From the IMG/VR virus record IMGVR_UViG_3300030329_000920, positions 1 to 42,597 of that record: DNA of 42,597 nt, one strand, 5' to 3'. A program made the translations under genes and the position numbers. Shown here piece after piece: positions 19,204-27,521 of the stretch. The notes under the pieces were generated by a model. The model worked only from the letters and a program-made list of their open reading frames with translations, was not told the origin of the DNA and ran no database searches. Origin of the DNA: a virus (taxonomy: Duplodnaviria; Caudoviricetes). How positions within the stretch are numbered: the stretch's first letter is position 1; each line of letters starts with the position of its first letter.

Positions 19204-20960
19204 TATGCTTGACAAGCTAGACACTCTTCCTCTGAATCTGGTCTAACTACCCTTTCTATTTTTGTTGATAAAATTTCTGCTCTTCTAATTGCCTCTGAAC
19301 GACAATAGTACAGTGTCTTAATTCCTTTTTTCCAAGCTGATAGATGTAATAAATGTAATTCTTTTATGTTTACATCTGCTGGGACAAATATGTTTAAACT
19401 TTGTGACTGACAAATTTCTTTTTGTCTGTCAGCAGCTAATTCAATTATCCATCGTTGGTCAATCTCAATTGCTGTAGCAAATACATCTTGCTCCCACTCA
19501 TTTAATTCATCTAAATGATATACAGAACCTCGGTTAGCAACAATGCTTTTCCAAACTTCATCATTATCTATTCCTTTTTTCTGTAAAAGTTTTTGTAAAT
19601 GTTTGTTTTTAATAAAGTGTGTGCCACTCATTGTTTTCTGTGTAAAAGCATTTGCTCTTAATGGTTCAATGGAAGGACTAGTTTCACCACATATAATACT
19701 ACTACTTGCGTTAGGAGCAATTGCTAAAATATGTGCAAACCTTTTTCCAGTTCCTTCCATGTCAGGAGCTTCACCTCTTTCTTTTGCTAGACACTCCGAC
19801 TCTCTTTCTGCTTCTTCTTTAATTTGTTTAAAGATAGCTTTGTTAGTGGTCTTTGCCAACACACTAGCAAAAGGAATATTTCTATGTTGTAAGTATGAAT
19901 GAAAACCCATTGTGCCTAGACCAATACTACGCTCTCTCATTGCAGAATACTTAGCACGTTCTAATTCATCAGGAGCATTCTCAATAAAGAATGTTAAAAC
20001 GTTATCTAAAAATCTTACAACGTCTGGTATGAATTGTTTATTACCTCTCCACTCATCAAACTTTTCTAAGTTTAAACTTGAAAGACAACATACTGCTGTA
20101 CGGTCTTCATTTGTAGGTAAAGTAATTTCACTACATAAATTAGAATGATGTACTTTTAATCCAAGTCCCTTTTGACTGACAGGCAAATGCTTTTGTATAG
20201 TGTCAATAAAGGCAAGGTAAGGTTCACCAGTGGCAACCCTAGTCTCAAGAATTTTTTGCCACAATTTTCTAGCACTAACGGTACGTACAACTTTTTTAGT
20301 ATGAGGGTCAATGAGTTCCCAACTATCATTGGCGTTAGGATTATTAGTACACTCATCAATAAGAGACATAAACTTATCAGAAACATTAATACCGTGATGA
20401 AGGTTAAGACACTTACGATGAATGTCCCCACCACTCGGCTTACGTATTTCCAAAAATTCTTCAATCTCAGGGTGTGAAATATCTTGGTAACTTGCATAAC
20501 TTCCTCTTCTTGTTTTACCTTGAGAGAACGCTAACATTTCTGAGTCAACAACGTGCATGAATGGGATTGAACCAGTAGATGTTGAGCCACCAGAAGTAGA
20601 TGTTCCATCACTTCTAACGTCACCCCAATAACCACCAATACCACCACCTACTGTTGCTAACCAAGCGTTCTCTGTATAATGTTTTGTTAAACCTTCTCTG
20701 CTATCTGGTACGTAATTTAAAAAGCATGAGATAGGCATTCCTTTTTTAGTTCCACCATTTGTCAATATAGGTGTTGCGAACATGAACCATAGGTTCGATA
20801 CATAACTATAAATTCTATTGGCCATTTCATCATCATCTGAAAAAGCTTTTGATACTCTCATGAATGCTTCTTGAGGACTTTTCTCCTCATCAGTTAAGTA
20901 TCTATCTTTTAATATTTTTAATCCAGCCTCGGTTAGTAATGTATCTTTGCTATAGTCCAT
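19203..20960 (-). CDS. nrdA: class I ribonucleotide reductase alpha subunit (no ATP cone)
   Basis: ATPILTNG, PISCFL, SNLCSEI, APNASSS, TLYY and C-terminal CLAC motifs. Confidence 0.95.
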   Translation of the reverse strand: MDYSKDTLLTEAGLKILKDRYLTDEEKSPQEAFMRVSKAFSDDDEMANRIYSYVSNLWFMFATPILTNGGTKKGMPISCFLNYVPDSREGLTKHYTENAWLATVGGGIGGYWGDVRSDGTSTSGGSTSTGSIPFMHVVDSEMLAFSQGKTRRGSYASYQDISHPEIEEFLEIRKPSGGDIHRKCLNLHHGINVSDKFMSLIDECTNNPNANDSWELIDPHTKKVVRTVSARKLWQKILETRVATGEPYLAFIDTIQKHLPVSQKGLGLKVHHSNLCSEITLPTNEDRTAVCCLSSLNLEKFDEWRGNKQFIPDVVRFLDNVLTFFIENAPDELERAKYSAMRERSIGLGTMGFHSYLQHRNIPFASVLAKTTNKAIFKQIKEEAERESECLAKERGEAPDMEGTGKRFAHILAIAPNASSSIICGETSPSIEPLRANAFTQKTMSGTHFIKNKHLQKLLQKKGIDNDEVWKSIVANRGSVYHLDELNEWEQDVFATAIEIDQRWIIELAADRQKEICQSQSLNIFVPADVNIKELHLLHLSAWKKGIKTLYYCRSEAIRRAEILSTKIERVVRPDSEEECLACQA

Positions 20961-20967
20961 GTTTATT

Positions 20968-21273
20968 TTAATCCTTTTGTTGTTGTGTTATTTCTCTTTC
21001 TTTCTTTTCACATTCCCCGGCGATTGCCATGTAAGCCGAGGCGTCCACATAGGTATCATCAGTTCTGTTACCTAACATTGTCCTTGCAACTTTTAATAGG
21101 TTCATCATTACTGCTACATCGTGTGGACTAATTCTTCTTTGTAAATAGATTGTCCAAAAATTTGCGATGTTCATGTGGTTAAGATACTTGTCACCGTACT
21201 CTTTAGCACGGTCACCAGCCACTAACTCTTTAGCTTTATCTAAAAAATCTTTTGTGGTTTTTAAATCTGCCAT
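20968..21273 (-). CDS. DUF6378-like all-helical nucleotide-related protein
   Basis: DR..EYG...NIANFW...DVAVMM.LLKVAR...DTYVD..AY pattern. Confidence 0.7.
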   Translation of the reverse strand: MADLKTTKDFLDKAKELVAGDRAKEYGDKYLNHMNIANFWTIYLQRRISPHDVAVMMNLLKVARTMLGNRTDDTYVDASAYMAIAGECEKKEREITQQQKD

Positions 21274-22004
21274 AAATTTATTTCTCCTGTTGTTTTATTG
21301 TATTCGCCATGTCTTAATATTCTTGCCACTTGTGCTTGTTGTAATGCGTCAGCTTCAGTTAGATTATTTTTTTCATAAGTCTTAACCACTAGCTGCCACA
21401 TATCTTTTACGGACATTGCTTTATCCGTTAAAATTTTTTCAGCAGTTTTTATTCCAACTGAGGGACAGCCATTAAATCCGTCAACGCTGTCCCCAGTTAG
21501 AGTCTGTATTAAATGCCACCAATCACAATCATTCTTTTTTCTTAGGACTATATTTTTTCCGTCCTTAGAAATGTATGAAGGTATTTGCATTAGGTCTTTA
21601 TCCAAAGAACATATAATTCTTTGCTCACCTTTGTTCGGCTCAGTGGCAAGTATACCGAGAACATCATCTGCTTCTAGATTAGGAAGGACTATAGCATTAT
21701 ACTCTTCCTTTAAATGTTCCCTCAATGCTCCTAATACTAAAGGCTTTCGTTTGTGTTTACGATTATCCTTATAGCTAGGTAATACATCTTTTCTAAAATT
21801 CTTAGAGTCAGTTAAAGCTATAGTTACACTGTCTGCCTCTAAGTTTTCTTTTAGATTTTCAATTTCTGTATACAGTAAACTCTTAGCATAATTTTCATCT
21901 GCGTGGAGTGTCCATAACCCCTCTCCCCAATTGGTATCTACCTCTGCCATAGTAGCAGATTTGTATGCAAGTATATCACCGTCAATTAGTAATCTTCTTT
22001 TCAT
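21261..22004 (-). CDS. 5'-3' exonuclease (gp6-like)
   Basis: LIDGDILAY, YKDNR, LEADDVLG, DKDL and GDSVDG..GCP.VG motifs. Confidence 0.95.
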   Translation of the reverse strand: MKRRLLIDGDILAYKSATMAEVDTNWGEGLWTLHADENYAKSLLYTEIENLKENLEADSVTIALTDSKNFRKDVLPSYKDNRKHKRKPLVLGALREHLKEEYNAIVLPNLEADDVLGILATEPNKGEQRIICSLDKDLMQIPSYISKDGKNIVLRKKNDCDWWHLIQTLTGDSVDGFNGCPSVGIKTAEKILTDKAMSVKDMWQLVVKTYEKNNLTEADALQQAQVARILRHGEYNKTTGEINLWQI

Positions 22005-22023
22005 TAATCCTCCAGTGGATAGG

Positions 22024-22401
22024 TTATGTTAAATTTTTTTTCTGAAACAATTCAGATAAGGGAATAAGAATGCACTTACTTGCATGGTTATCACCAATCA
22101 TTTTAAAATTATCTTTAAATTTTTCTGCAATCTTTTTTAGTTTAGGTACATCAAATATTAATTTACAATAATCTTCTTTTCCAATTGATAATATATGTAC
22201 CCAATAGTCAGCCTCGGTTTTATGTAAGCCACTAGGTTTACCATAGTTTTCTATTTCAATAGCTATGTTACCAGTCTTAGCCCACCAATCCCTTTCAGTT
22301 TTAACTTCTATTTTATTTTTATCTTGGTCTAATAAAGCTGCAACTTTTTGTTCTCTCTCTTGACCATACTTTAAGTCTAAATCAAATTTTGTATTTTTCA
22401 T
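22024..22401 (-). CDS. PD-(D/E)XK nuclease-like protein
   Basis: G..RE...IEVKTER....TGNIAIE...GKPSGL..TEADYW; start placed at MKNTKF (TAATG overlap with the polymerase stop). Confidence 0.6.
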   Translation of the reverse strand: MKNTKFDLDLKYGQEREQKVAALLDQDKNKIEVKTERDWWAKTGNIAIEIENYGKPSGLHKTEADYWVHILSIGKEDYCKLIFDVPKLKKIAEKFKDNFKMIGDNHASKCILIPLSELFQKKNLT

Positions 22402-24119
22402 TAATGCGTTCCACTCCAATTATTTGAGATTTTATATTCGCCAGTTAATGGCACTCTTAATTTGAAATGTTCGCCAGTTCGTTTAATACATTCGACAGCT
22501 AACTTTCCTACTTCTTCTGCTTTGTCTTTATCACATTCAACTTGTATCTCATCATGTACCCACAACAATTGTTGAACACCTTTAATATGACTAACAGCTT
22601 TATCAAATTCAACTAGCCATTGCTTACATACAATAGCACCAGCACTTTGTAATAATGTATTCAATGCACTGTGTTGATTTCTGACTTTTACTTTTCTTTT
22701 ATCAAGACCAAGTAAGTAGCCACGCTCTGCGACTAACTTTACTTGTTCAATTAATTTACTTAATGCTGGTAATCTATTAAGAAATTGTTTTCTTACTCTA
22801 GCTGCGTCACGATTTGATTTACCAGTGACCTCTGCTATCTTTGCCACTCCAGCACCATAAAGCCAAGCGTACAGAAAACGCTTACTTGCGTCTCTTGTAT
22901 CTAGTCCAGCTAATTTCTGATTTGTAGTATGTATGTCACCATTGACTACAATGTCAGCATACTTACCATTATCAAACTTTGCGATATAGTGTCCAAGTAA
23001 TCGTAACTCTAATCCTGAAACGTCAATACCAACTAAAGATTTAGTAGGTGGTACAGTAAACAATTCTCTAAACTGTTTTCCATAAGGAATGTTAACAGCC
23101 GGGACTTGTTGTAAGTTAGGTTTACTTGCAGTCGCTCTCCCGGTAACAGCATTGTTTGTATTTACAGTACCGTGTAAGCGTCCATTCTTTTCTAATTTTA
23201 AATAAGCATTACTACCTTCGGCTAACATACCAATACGTTTTTCTAATAAGAAATAACGTGCTAATAATTTAGCTTCAGGATAGTTTAAACTGTTTAAAAC
23301 TTTATCATCTACTTTTGGTTTACCATCAGGAGTAAAATCTTTTGGCTTCCAATCATATTTAGTTTGTAATCTATCAGCAATGTGTTGTCTGCTTGAAGGA
23401 TTAAACTCAATGACTTTATCTTTTAATGGCTTACCAGTTTTTTCAGAAACTCTTTTAATAGTTATAGGTAAAAAAGTTTCTTCCATTTCCTTTCTAATGT
23501 TTTCTCTTTCATTAGATAGTTCAGAGTAAAGAGTAATTGCTTTATCTTTATCAAACATTATGCCATATCTTTCTTGTCTACCAATTAAATCGGCCACAGC
23601 GTGTTCAAGTTCTAATGATTGCTCTGAATATTTTTGCTCCAAAATTTTTCGGTATAAAGTATATGTAACTTCTACATCTTGAATACAATACTCAAGCATT
23701 TCTTCATTGTATTCTGACCAATCAGTTTCAATCTGCTGTTTATAATTTCCTAGTCTAACTCCCCATGCTTTTAAGCTATGCTTGTTGACTAATTGTCTTG
23801 GAAAATCTTTTACATGAACTCTAGTCATGTCTGACTCCATTAAGTCTGACCAAATTAGGCGTGTTGCTACTAGAGTGTCAAATATTTTAGCTTTAGTTTT
23901 AAATTGAAAAAGTTTTTCTAAAACTGGGATGTCATACTTAATAATATTATGTCCTATAATAGTATCAGCTTTTTCTAATTTGTTTGTACCTTCCCACCAA
24001 TTGTCTCTAGTGTATGATGTAATTTCATTTGTCTCTATGTCTTTTAAGACAAGGCAATGAAGCTGTGACACATCATCAAGTAATCCGTTTGTTTCTATAT
24101 CAAATACATAACTAGACAT
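22401..24119 (-). CDS. family A DNA polymerase (gp5-like) with 3'-5' exonuclease domain
   Basis: FDIETNGL, GHNIIKYD, FNPSSR, TGR, DVSGLELR (motif A), KRFLYAWLYG (motif B) and VHDE (motif C); 572 aa. Confidence 0.97.
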   Translation of the reverse strand: MSSYVFDIETNGLLDDVSQLHCLVLKDIETNEITSYTRDNWWEGTNKLEKADTIIGHNIIKYDIPVLEKLFQFKTKAKIFDTLVATRLIWSDLMESDMTRVHVKDFPRQLVNKHSLKAWGVRLGNYKQQIETDWSEYNEEMLEYCIQDVEVTYTLYRKILEQKYSEQSLELEHAVADLIGRQERYGIMFDKDKAITLYSELSNERENIRKEMEETFLPITIKRVSEKTGKPLKDKVIEFNPSSRQHIADRLQTKYDWKPKDFTPDGKPKVDDKVLNSLNYPEAKLLARYFLLEKRIGMLAEGSNAYLKLEKNGRLHGTVNTNNAVTGRATASKPNLQQVPAVNIPYGKQFRELFTVPPTKSLVGIDVSGLELRLLGHYIAKFDNGKYADIVVNGDIHTTNQKLAGLDTRDASKRFLYAWLYGAGVAKIAEVTGKSNRDAARVRKQFLNRLPALSKLIEQVKLVAERGYLLGLDKRKVKVRNQHSALNTLLQSAGAIVCKQWLVEFDKAVSHIKGVQQLLWVHDEIQVECDKDKAEEVGKLAVECIKRTGEHFKLRVPLTGEYKISNNWSGTH

Positions 24120-24405
24120 TTAAATTTACCTTTACTAATTTAATAATATTACATGATGGAATGACAGTAGAAGAACCTGCATCACCTAACGACTCATCTT
24201 TTTTATAATTAAAATCACTCATTAAGATATGTACGTCTTCATCTTTTTTAATGAGCCAACCTGTACTAACACATACGCATGGTTTAGATTTTAAAACCTC
24301 TGACATTTCTTTCCATGAAGGGTCAGACTCAATGTCTTTCCAATAAGCAACATAGAACCCATAGTTAAATGGAATGTTAGGTAATTTTACTTTTCTTTTT
24401 TTCAC
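24112..24405 (-). CDS. conserved hypothetical phage protein
   Basis: W.DI....W...C.STGWL...IP..NI pattern; GTG start with GGAAGG RBS. Confidence 0.65.
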   Translation of the reverse strand: MKKRKVKLPNIPFNYGFYVAYWKDIESDPSWKEMSEVLKSKPCVCVSTGWLIKKDEDVHILMSDFNYKKDESLGDAGSSTVIPSCNIIKLVKVNLNV

Positions 24406-24496
24406 GCTTAAATTTCCTTCCTACAAAAAATACTATTACATTTTGAACTGTGTTTATTGTCACCATTGCTAGTAACCAAGCTTCCCACATATCCAT
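24377..24496 (-). CDS. 39-aa membrane micro-protein
   Basis: Hand-translated MDMWEAWLLAMVTINTVQNVIVFFVGRKFKREKKKSKIT; TAATG-coupled; fills the gap between neighbouring ORFs. Confidence 0.6.
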   Translation of the reverse strand: MDMWEAWLLAMVTINTVQNVIVFFVGRKFKREKKKSKIT

Positions 24497-24693
24497 TAAT
24501 GAACCGTTACTACTCTTATTAAAACTCTAGTCGCTGCCTCTTCAAACATTGATAATTCATTTAATGTTAGTTCAGCAGCAACTTTTGTTTTATGGTTTGG
24601 TACATCAATAAATACTTCAAGAAATGGATTTGCTTGTGCAACTTTAACTGCTATGCTTATCTCTTCTGTTATTGTCCAATACTCAGAAGTCAT
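24496..24693 (-). CDS. hypothetical protein
   Basis: 65 aa from MTSEYW; overlaps the primase end. Confidence 0.6.
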   Translation of the reverse strand: MTSEYWTITEEISIAVKVAQANPFLEVFIDVPNHKTKVAAELTLNELSMFEEAATRVLIRVVTVH

Positions 24694-26266
24694 TAGCTGA
24701 CTCCGTTGTTTCAATTAAACAAGAAGTTTCATCATCAAAGAATAATGTTCCACACTTACCTGTGTCACCATTGTGTCTATTTTTTAATACTCTGACTGTT
24801 GTATAGTTTTTCTTTTCCTCATCATTTTGATTTCTCTCTAAGGATATAACACCATCACTAAGTTGACTAATAGCATGACTACCCCTCAAAGAATTAAGAG
24901 AAGTCTGTACTCCGTCCTCATATCCTTTGTTACCTTCTGGCCTTCTTAAATGTGAAACTAAAATTAATCCTATGCCTGTTTCTTCAACTAAGGTTCTAAG
25001 CTTAGTCATTGTTACATCAATTAATTTTCTTTCGTCTAAATTTTCTAAACCAGAAATGACAATTGAAAGATGGTCAAGAATAACCCACCGTACACCAAGA
25101 CCTTTAGCAAGATAACGAATTTTGGATAAGAGATTCTCAGACTCGGTACTTCCAAAACTATCATATAAATAAAGTAAACCACTACCCACTGTTGAACTAA
25201 AACTATTTCTAAAGTCATCTTCACTGACCCCTTCTTTTGTTAAATGTAATGGTTTTTGTAAATCTATCCCCATAATGCCTAGAGCAGTACGCTTAACGCT
25301 TTCCTCTAGGGCAATGTAACCAACACTCTCACCTTGCTTAATTAAGTGGTGGGCAATTTGCCTACACAATTGAGACTTACCTTGTCCTGTTCCTGAAGTT
25401 ACAGTTATTAATTCTCTTCTTCTCATTCCAAGCGTTTTTTTATTTAAACACTCAAATGGATATGGAATTGTTTCTGTGTCATCTTCTTTTACCAATGTTT
25501 CAAAAATATCTTGGCCAGAAATTATTCCGTCAGGGCGATACTCTTTCGCACCCCACATACAATCTATTAATTGTTTTGTTTCCCCGGCTACTAACATTTC
25601 GTTAGGGTCTTTGCGTGGTAGTGTTGCTATTTTACATTTGTTAGGTGTAAATAATTTAGAGCATTCCTCTGACGCTTTTTTACCAGCTTCATCATTATCA
25701 AACATGAGAATAATTTTTTCAAATTTCTCAAGCCATTCTAATTGTTGTTGTAAATCTTTTTTAGCACCTTGGCTGCCAGTCTTAACAGATACTACAGCCC
25801 ATTTATTATTTTGTATTTGAGATAAACTCATTGCGTCTATCTCACCTTCAACTATACACACTTGCTTACCACCATCACGCCACAAGTTTTGTCCAAAGAG
25901 TACAGCTTGTTTACTGTCCCCTATCCATTGAAAAGATTTATTTGGGTAACGTAATTTTTGTGCAACTAATTTATTATTTTTGTCGTAGTAGTTTGCAATT
26001 TGAACAGTAGTATTTTTATGCTTACCAATTTTGTAATTAAATTTACTGACTGTTTCTTTATTTATTTTACGTTTAACTAATGGTCTTGTTTCACCTGATA
26101 TTAAATTAGAATTAACTTCTTTCAATGATATGTCCTCGTTGTTGTAATTAGAATAATATTGACCACAACCAAAACAATGTCCGTGGTTATCTGAATATAC
26201 TGCTACGTTATCTTTTGAGCCACATTCAGAGCAAGGTGCATGATAAAGAAATTCGCTTTCTTCCAT
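24683..26266 (-). CDS. primase/helicase (gp4-like)
   Basis: CSECGSKD...CFGC zinc ribbon, EGEIDA and FDNDEAG TOPRIM motifs, SGTGQGKS Walker A, LDHLSI, LVSHLRR, LRGS, KNR; start at MEESEF with AAGGA RBS. Confidence 0.97.
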   Translation of the reverse strand: MEESEFLYHAPCSECGSKDNVAVYSDNHGHCFGCGQYYSNYNNEDISLKEVNSNLISGETRPLVKRKINKETVSKFNYKIGKHKNTTVQIANYYDKNNKLVAQKLRYPNKSFQWIGDSKQAVLFGQNLWRDGGKQVCIVEGEIDAMSLSQIQNNKWAVVSVKTGSQGAKKDLQQQLEWLEKFEKIILMFDNDEAGKKASEECSKLFTPNKCKIATLPRKDPNEMLVAGETKQLIDCMWGAKEYRPDGIISGQDIFETLVKEDDTETIPYPFECLNKKTLGMRRRELITVTSGTGQGKSQLCRQIAHHLIKQGESVGYIALEESVKRTALGIMGIDLQKPLHLTKEGVSEDDFRNSFSSTVGSGLLYLYDSFGSTESENLLSKIRYLAKGLGVRWVILDHLSIVISGLENLDERKLIDVTMTKLRTLVEETGIGLILVSHLRRPEGNKGYEDGVQTSLNSLRGSHAISQLSDGVISLERNQNDEEKKNYTTVRVLKNRHNGDTGKCGTLFFDDETSCLIETTESANDF

Positions 26267-26294
26267 TGCACAATCCTTAAAAAATTTTTTGGGT

Positions 26295-26330
26295 AAAAAT
26301 AAAGCCGACTCAGAGGGTATCCAAGTCGGC
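26295..26330 (-). terminator. intrinsic terminator between endonuclease and primase
   Basis: Minus strand GCCGACTTGGA-TACCC-TCTGAGTCGGC followed by TTTATTTTT. Confidence 0.7.
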
Positions 26331-26380
26331 ACTACGAAAGGGTTACCCTATGAAAAGTAACGCCTCTCAAATCTTATATA

Positions 26381-26791
26381 CTACTTTATTTCATTTAGCC
26401 ACTCCTTAGGTATAAATTTGTCTGCGTATTTAAAACCATGCTTCTCACACCACATAGCGTAAGTAGTTTTTGATTTTTTAGAAATTTTTGTCTTAGAATT
26501 AGAAAAGACAAATCGTAAATCAAGTTTAGGATATTGCTCTTTTACTAATAAAGTCTTTTGTTTATCTGCTGTTAAAAATCTTCCTTTACCCTCAATGTGC
26601 ATGATACCACCTTTCTTTTTCTCTAAGACAAAATCTGGTGTGTATCTATGCACCTTTTGGGGTTTGGTATATTTGATAACTTGACTTTCGTATTCAAAGT
26701 CTACGTTTTCGGAAATTAATTGTTCAGCAATTTGAACTTCTAATCCTGAACGGTATTTAGAAGTCTTCTTCTTCTGATACCTTTTCCTCAT
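26381..26791 (-). CDS. endonuclease I / Holliday junction resolvase (gp3-like)
   Basis: YRSGLE, YTPDF, IEGKGRF, LDLRFVF, TTYAMWCEKHGF and IP.EW motifs; start at MRKRYQ. Confidence 0.95.
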   Translation of the reverse strand: MRKRYQKKKTSKYRSGLEVQIAEQLISENVDFEYESQVIKYTKPQKVHRYTPDFVLEKKKGGIMHIEGKGRFLTADKQKTLLVKEQYPKLDLRFVFSNSKTKISKKSKTTYAMWCEKHGFKYADKFIPKEWLNEIK

Positions 26792-27374
26792 GTCTTTCCT
26801 CAAATTCTTCCACTGTGGGAGCGTGTTGATAGCCTTCCTCTTCTTTAAATCCGAAAGAAGAATTATTACCTTCAACTAATTTAAGTACTTGAGCAGCTTT
26901 TAGACGCATAGAAACTCCAGCCCCTACCATTGATGTAAAGTATGGAATTAATTCAGCACTAACTTTAATTTCTGAACCACCCCAAATATTTACATTTTGA
27001 ATTGGCTTTCCTTTTGCGTCTACAACAACTGGTTTATTAGGAAATGTTTCACCAGTCTTTGTAGTTATCTTTGCTTTACATTTAAATTTAAAGATAACAT
27101 TTCCGGTAGGGTTACCATCATCATCAACCTCATCAAAATATGGTGGGTCTGCTTGTTTAACTGGTTTACCCTTACTCTTCTCTTTTCCAAGAGTAACAGC
27201 TTCCTCAATGACTGTGTCAATTTTAGATATTAAATCTTTAGCTTCATCTTTGCTAATAATTAAATTAGTTCGGTAGTCACCTACTTCACTAAATTTAGTA
27301 TCAGGAGCATGAAGCCAAGGGTATTGTGCAACACCTTTCGGTGTTACAACTTTAGTATAATTTATTTTAGGCAT
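26757..27374 (-). CDS. single-stranded DNA-binding protein (gp2.5-like)
   Basis: TPKG...YPWL..PD, IWGGS, GVSMRLKAAQV, acidic tail ending in DF. Confidence 0.93.
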   Translation of the reverse strand: MPKINYTKVVTPKGVAQYPWLHAPDTKFSEVGDYRTNLIISKDEAKDLISKIDTVIEEAVTLGKEKSKGKPVKQADPPYFDEVDDDGNPTGNVIFKFKCKAKITTKTGETFPNKPVVVDAKGKPIQNVNIWGGSEIKVSAELIPYFTSMVGAGVSMRLKAAQVLKLVEGNNSSFGFKEEEGYQHAPTVEEFEERHEEKVSEEEDF

Positions 27375-27468
27375 CCTCGTCCTCTTCTATTTCTTCCAAG
27401 ATGAACCCTCTGTTCATCATGTCAACTGCCACATCAAGTGGCAAATTTCTGTATTCTTCTTTAACCAT
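27367..27468 (-). CDS. 33-aa acidic micro-protein
   Basis: Hand-translated MVKEEYRNLPLDVAVDMMNRGFILEEIEEDEDA; strong AAGGAG RBS just after the phage promoter. Confidence 0.75.
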   Translation of the reverse strand: MVKEEYRNLPLDVAVDMMNRGFILEEIEEDEDA

Positions 27469-27480
27469 GGTTAACTCCTT

Positions 27481-27504
27481 TGGTTCATATAGGGGTACTA
27501 TTAA
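27481..27504 (-). promoter_or_regulatory. phage RNA polymerase promoter (replication operon)
   Basis: Minus strand TTAATAGTACCCCTATATGAACCA, identical to the copy at 37003..37026. Confidence 0.88.
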
Positions 27505-27518
27505 CCCACTAGTGGATT
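27503..27518. promoter_or_regulatory. palindromic operator-like site AAYCC-N6-GGATT
   Basis: AACCC-ACTAGT-GGATT overlapping the upstream edge of the phage promoter; sister copies at 30014, 30102, 30228, 30277 and 22006. Confidence 0.6.
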
Positions 27519-27521
27519 GTA

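Noticed and set aside
2429-20497. Alternative-frame minus-strand ORFs 2429..2722, 14738..14953 and 20156..20497
   Set aside because: Nested in the fibre, capsid and nrdA genes; explained by repeats and codon bias.
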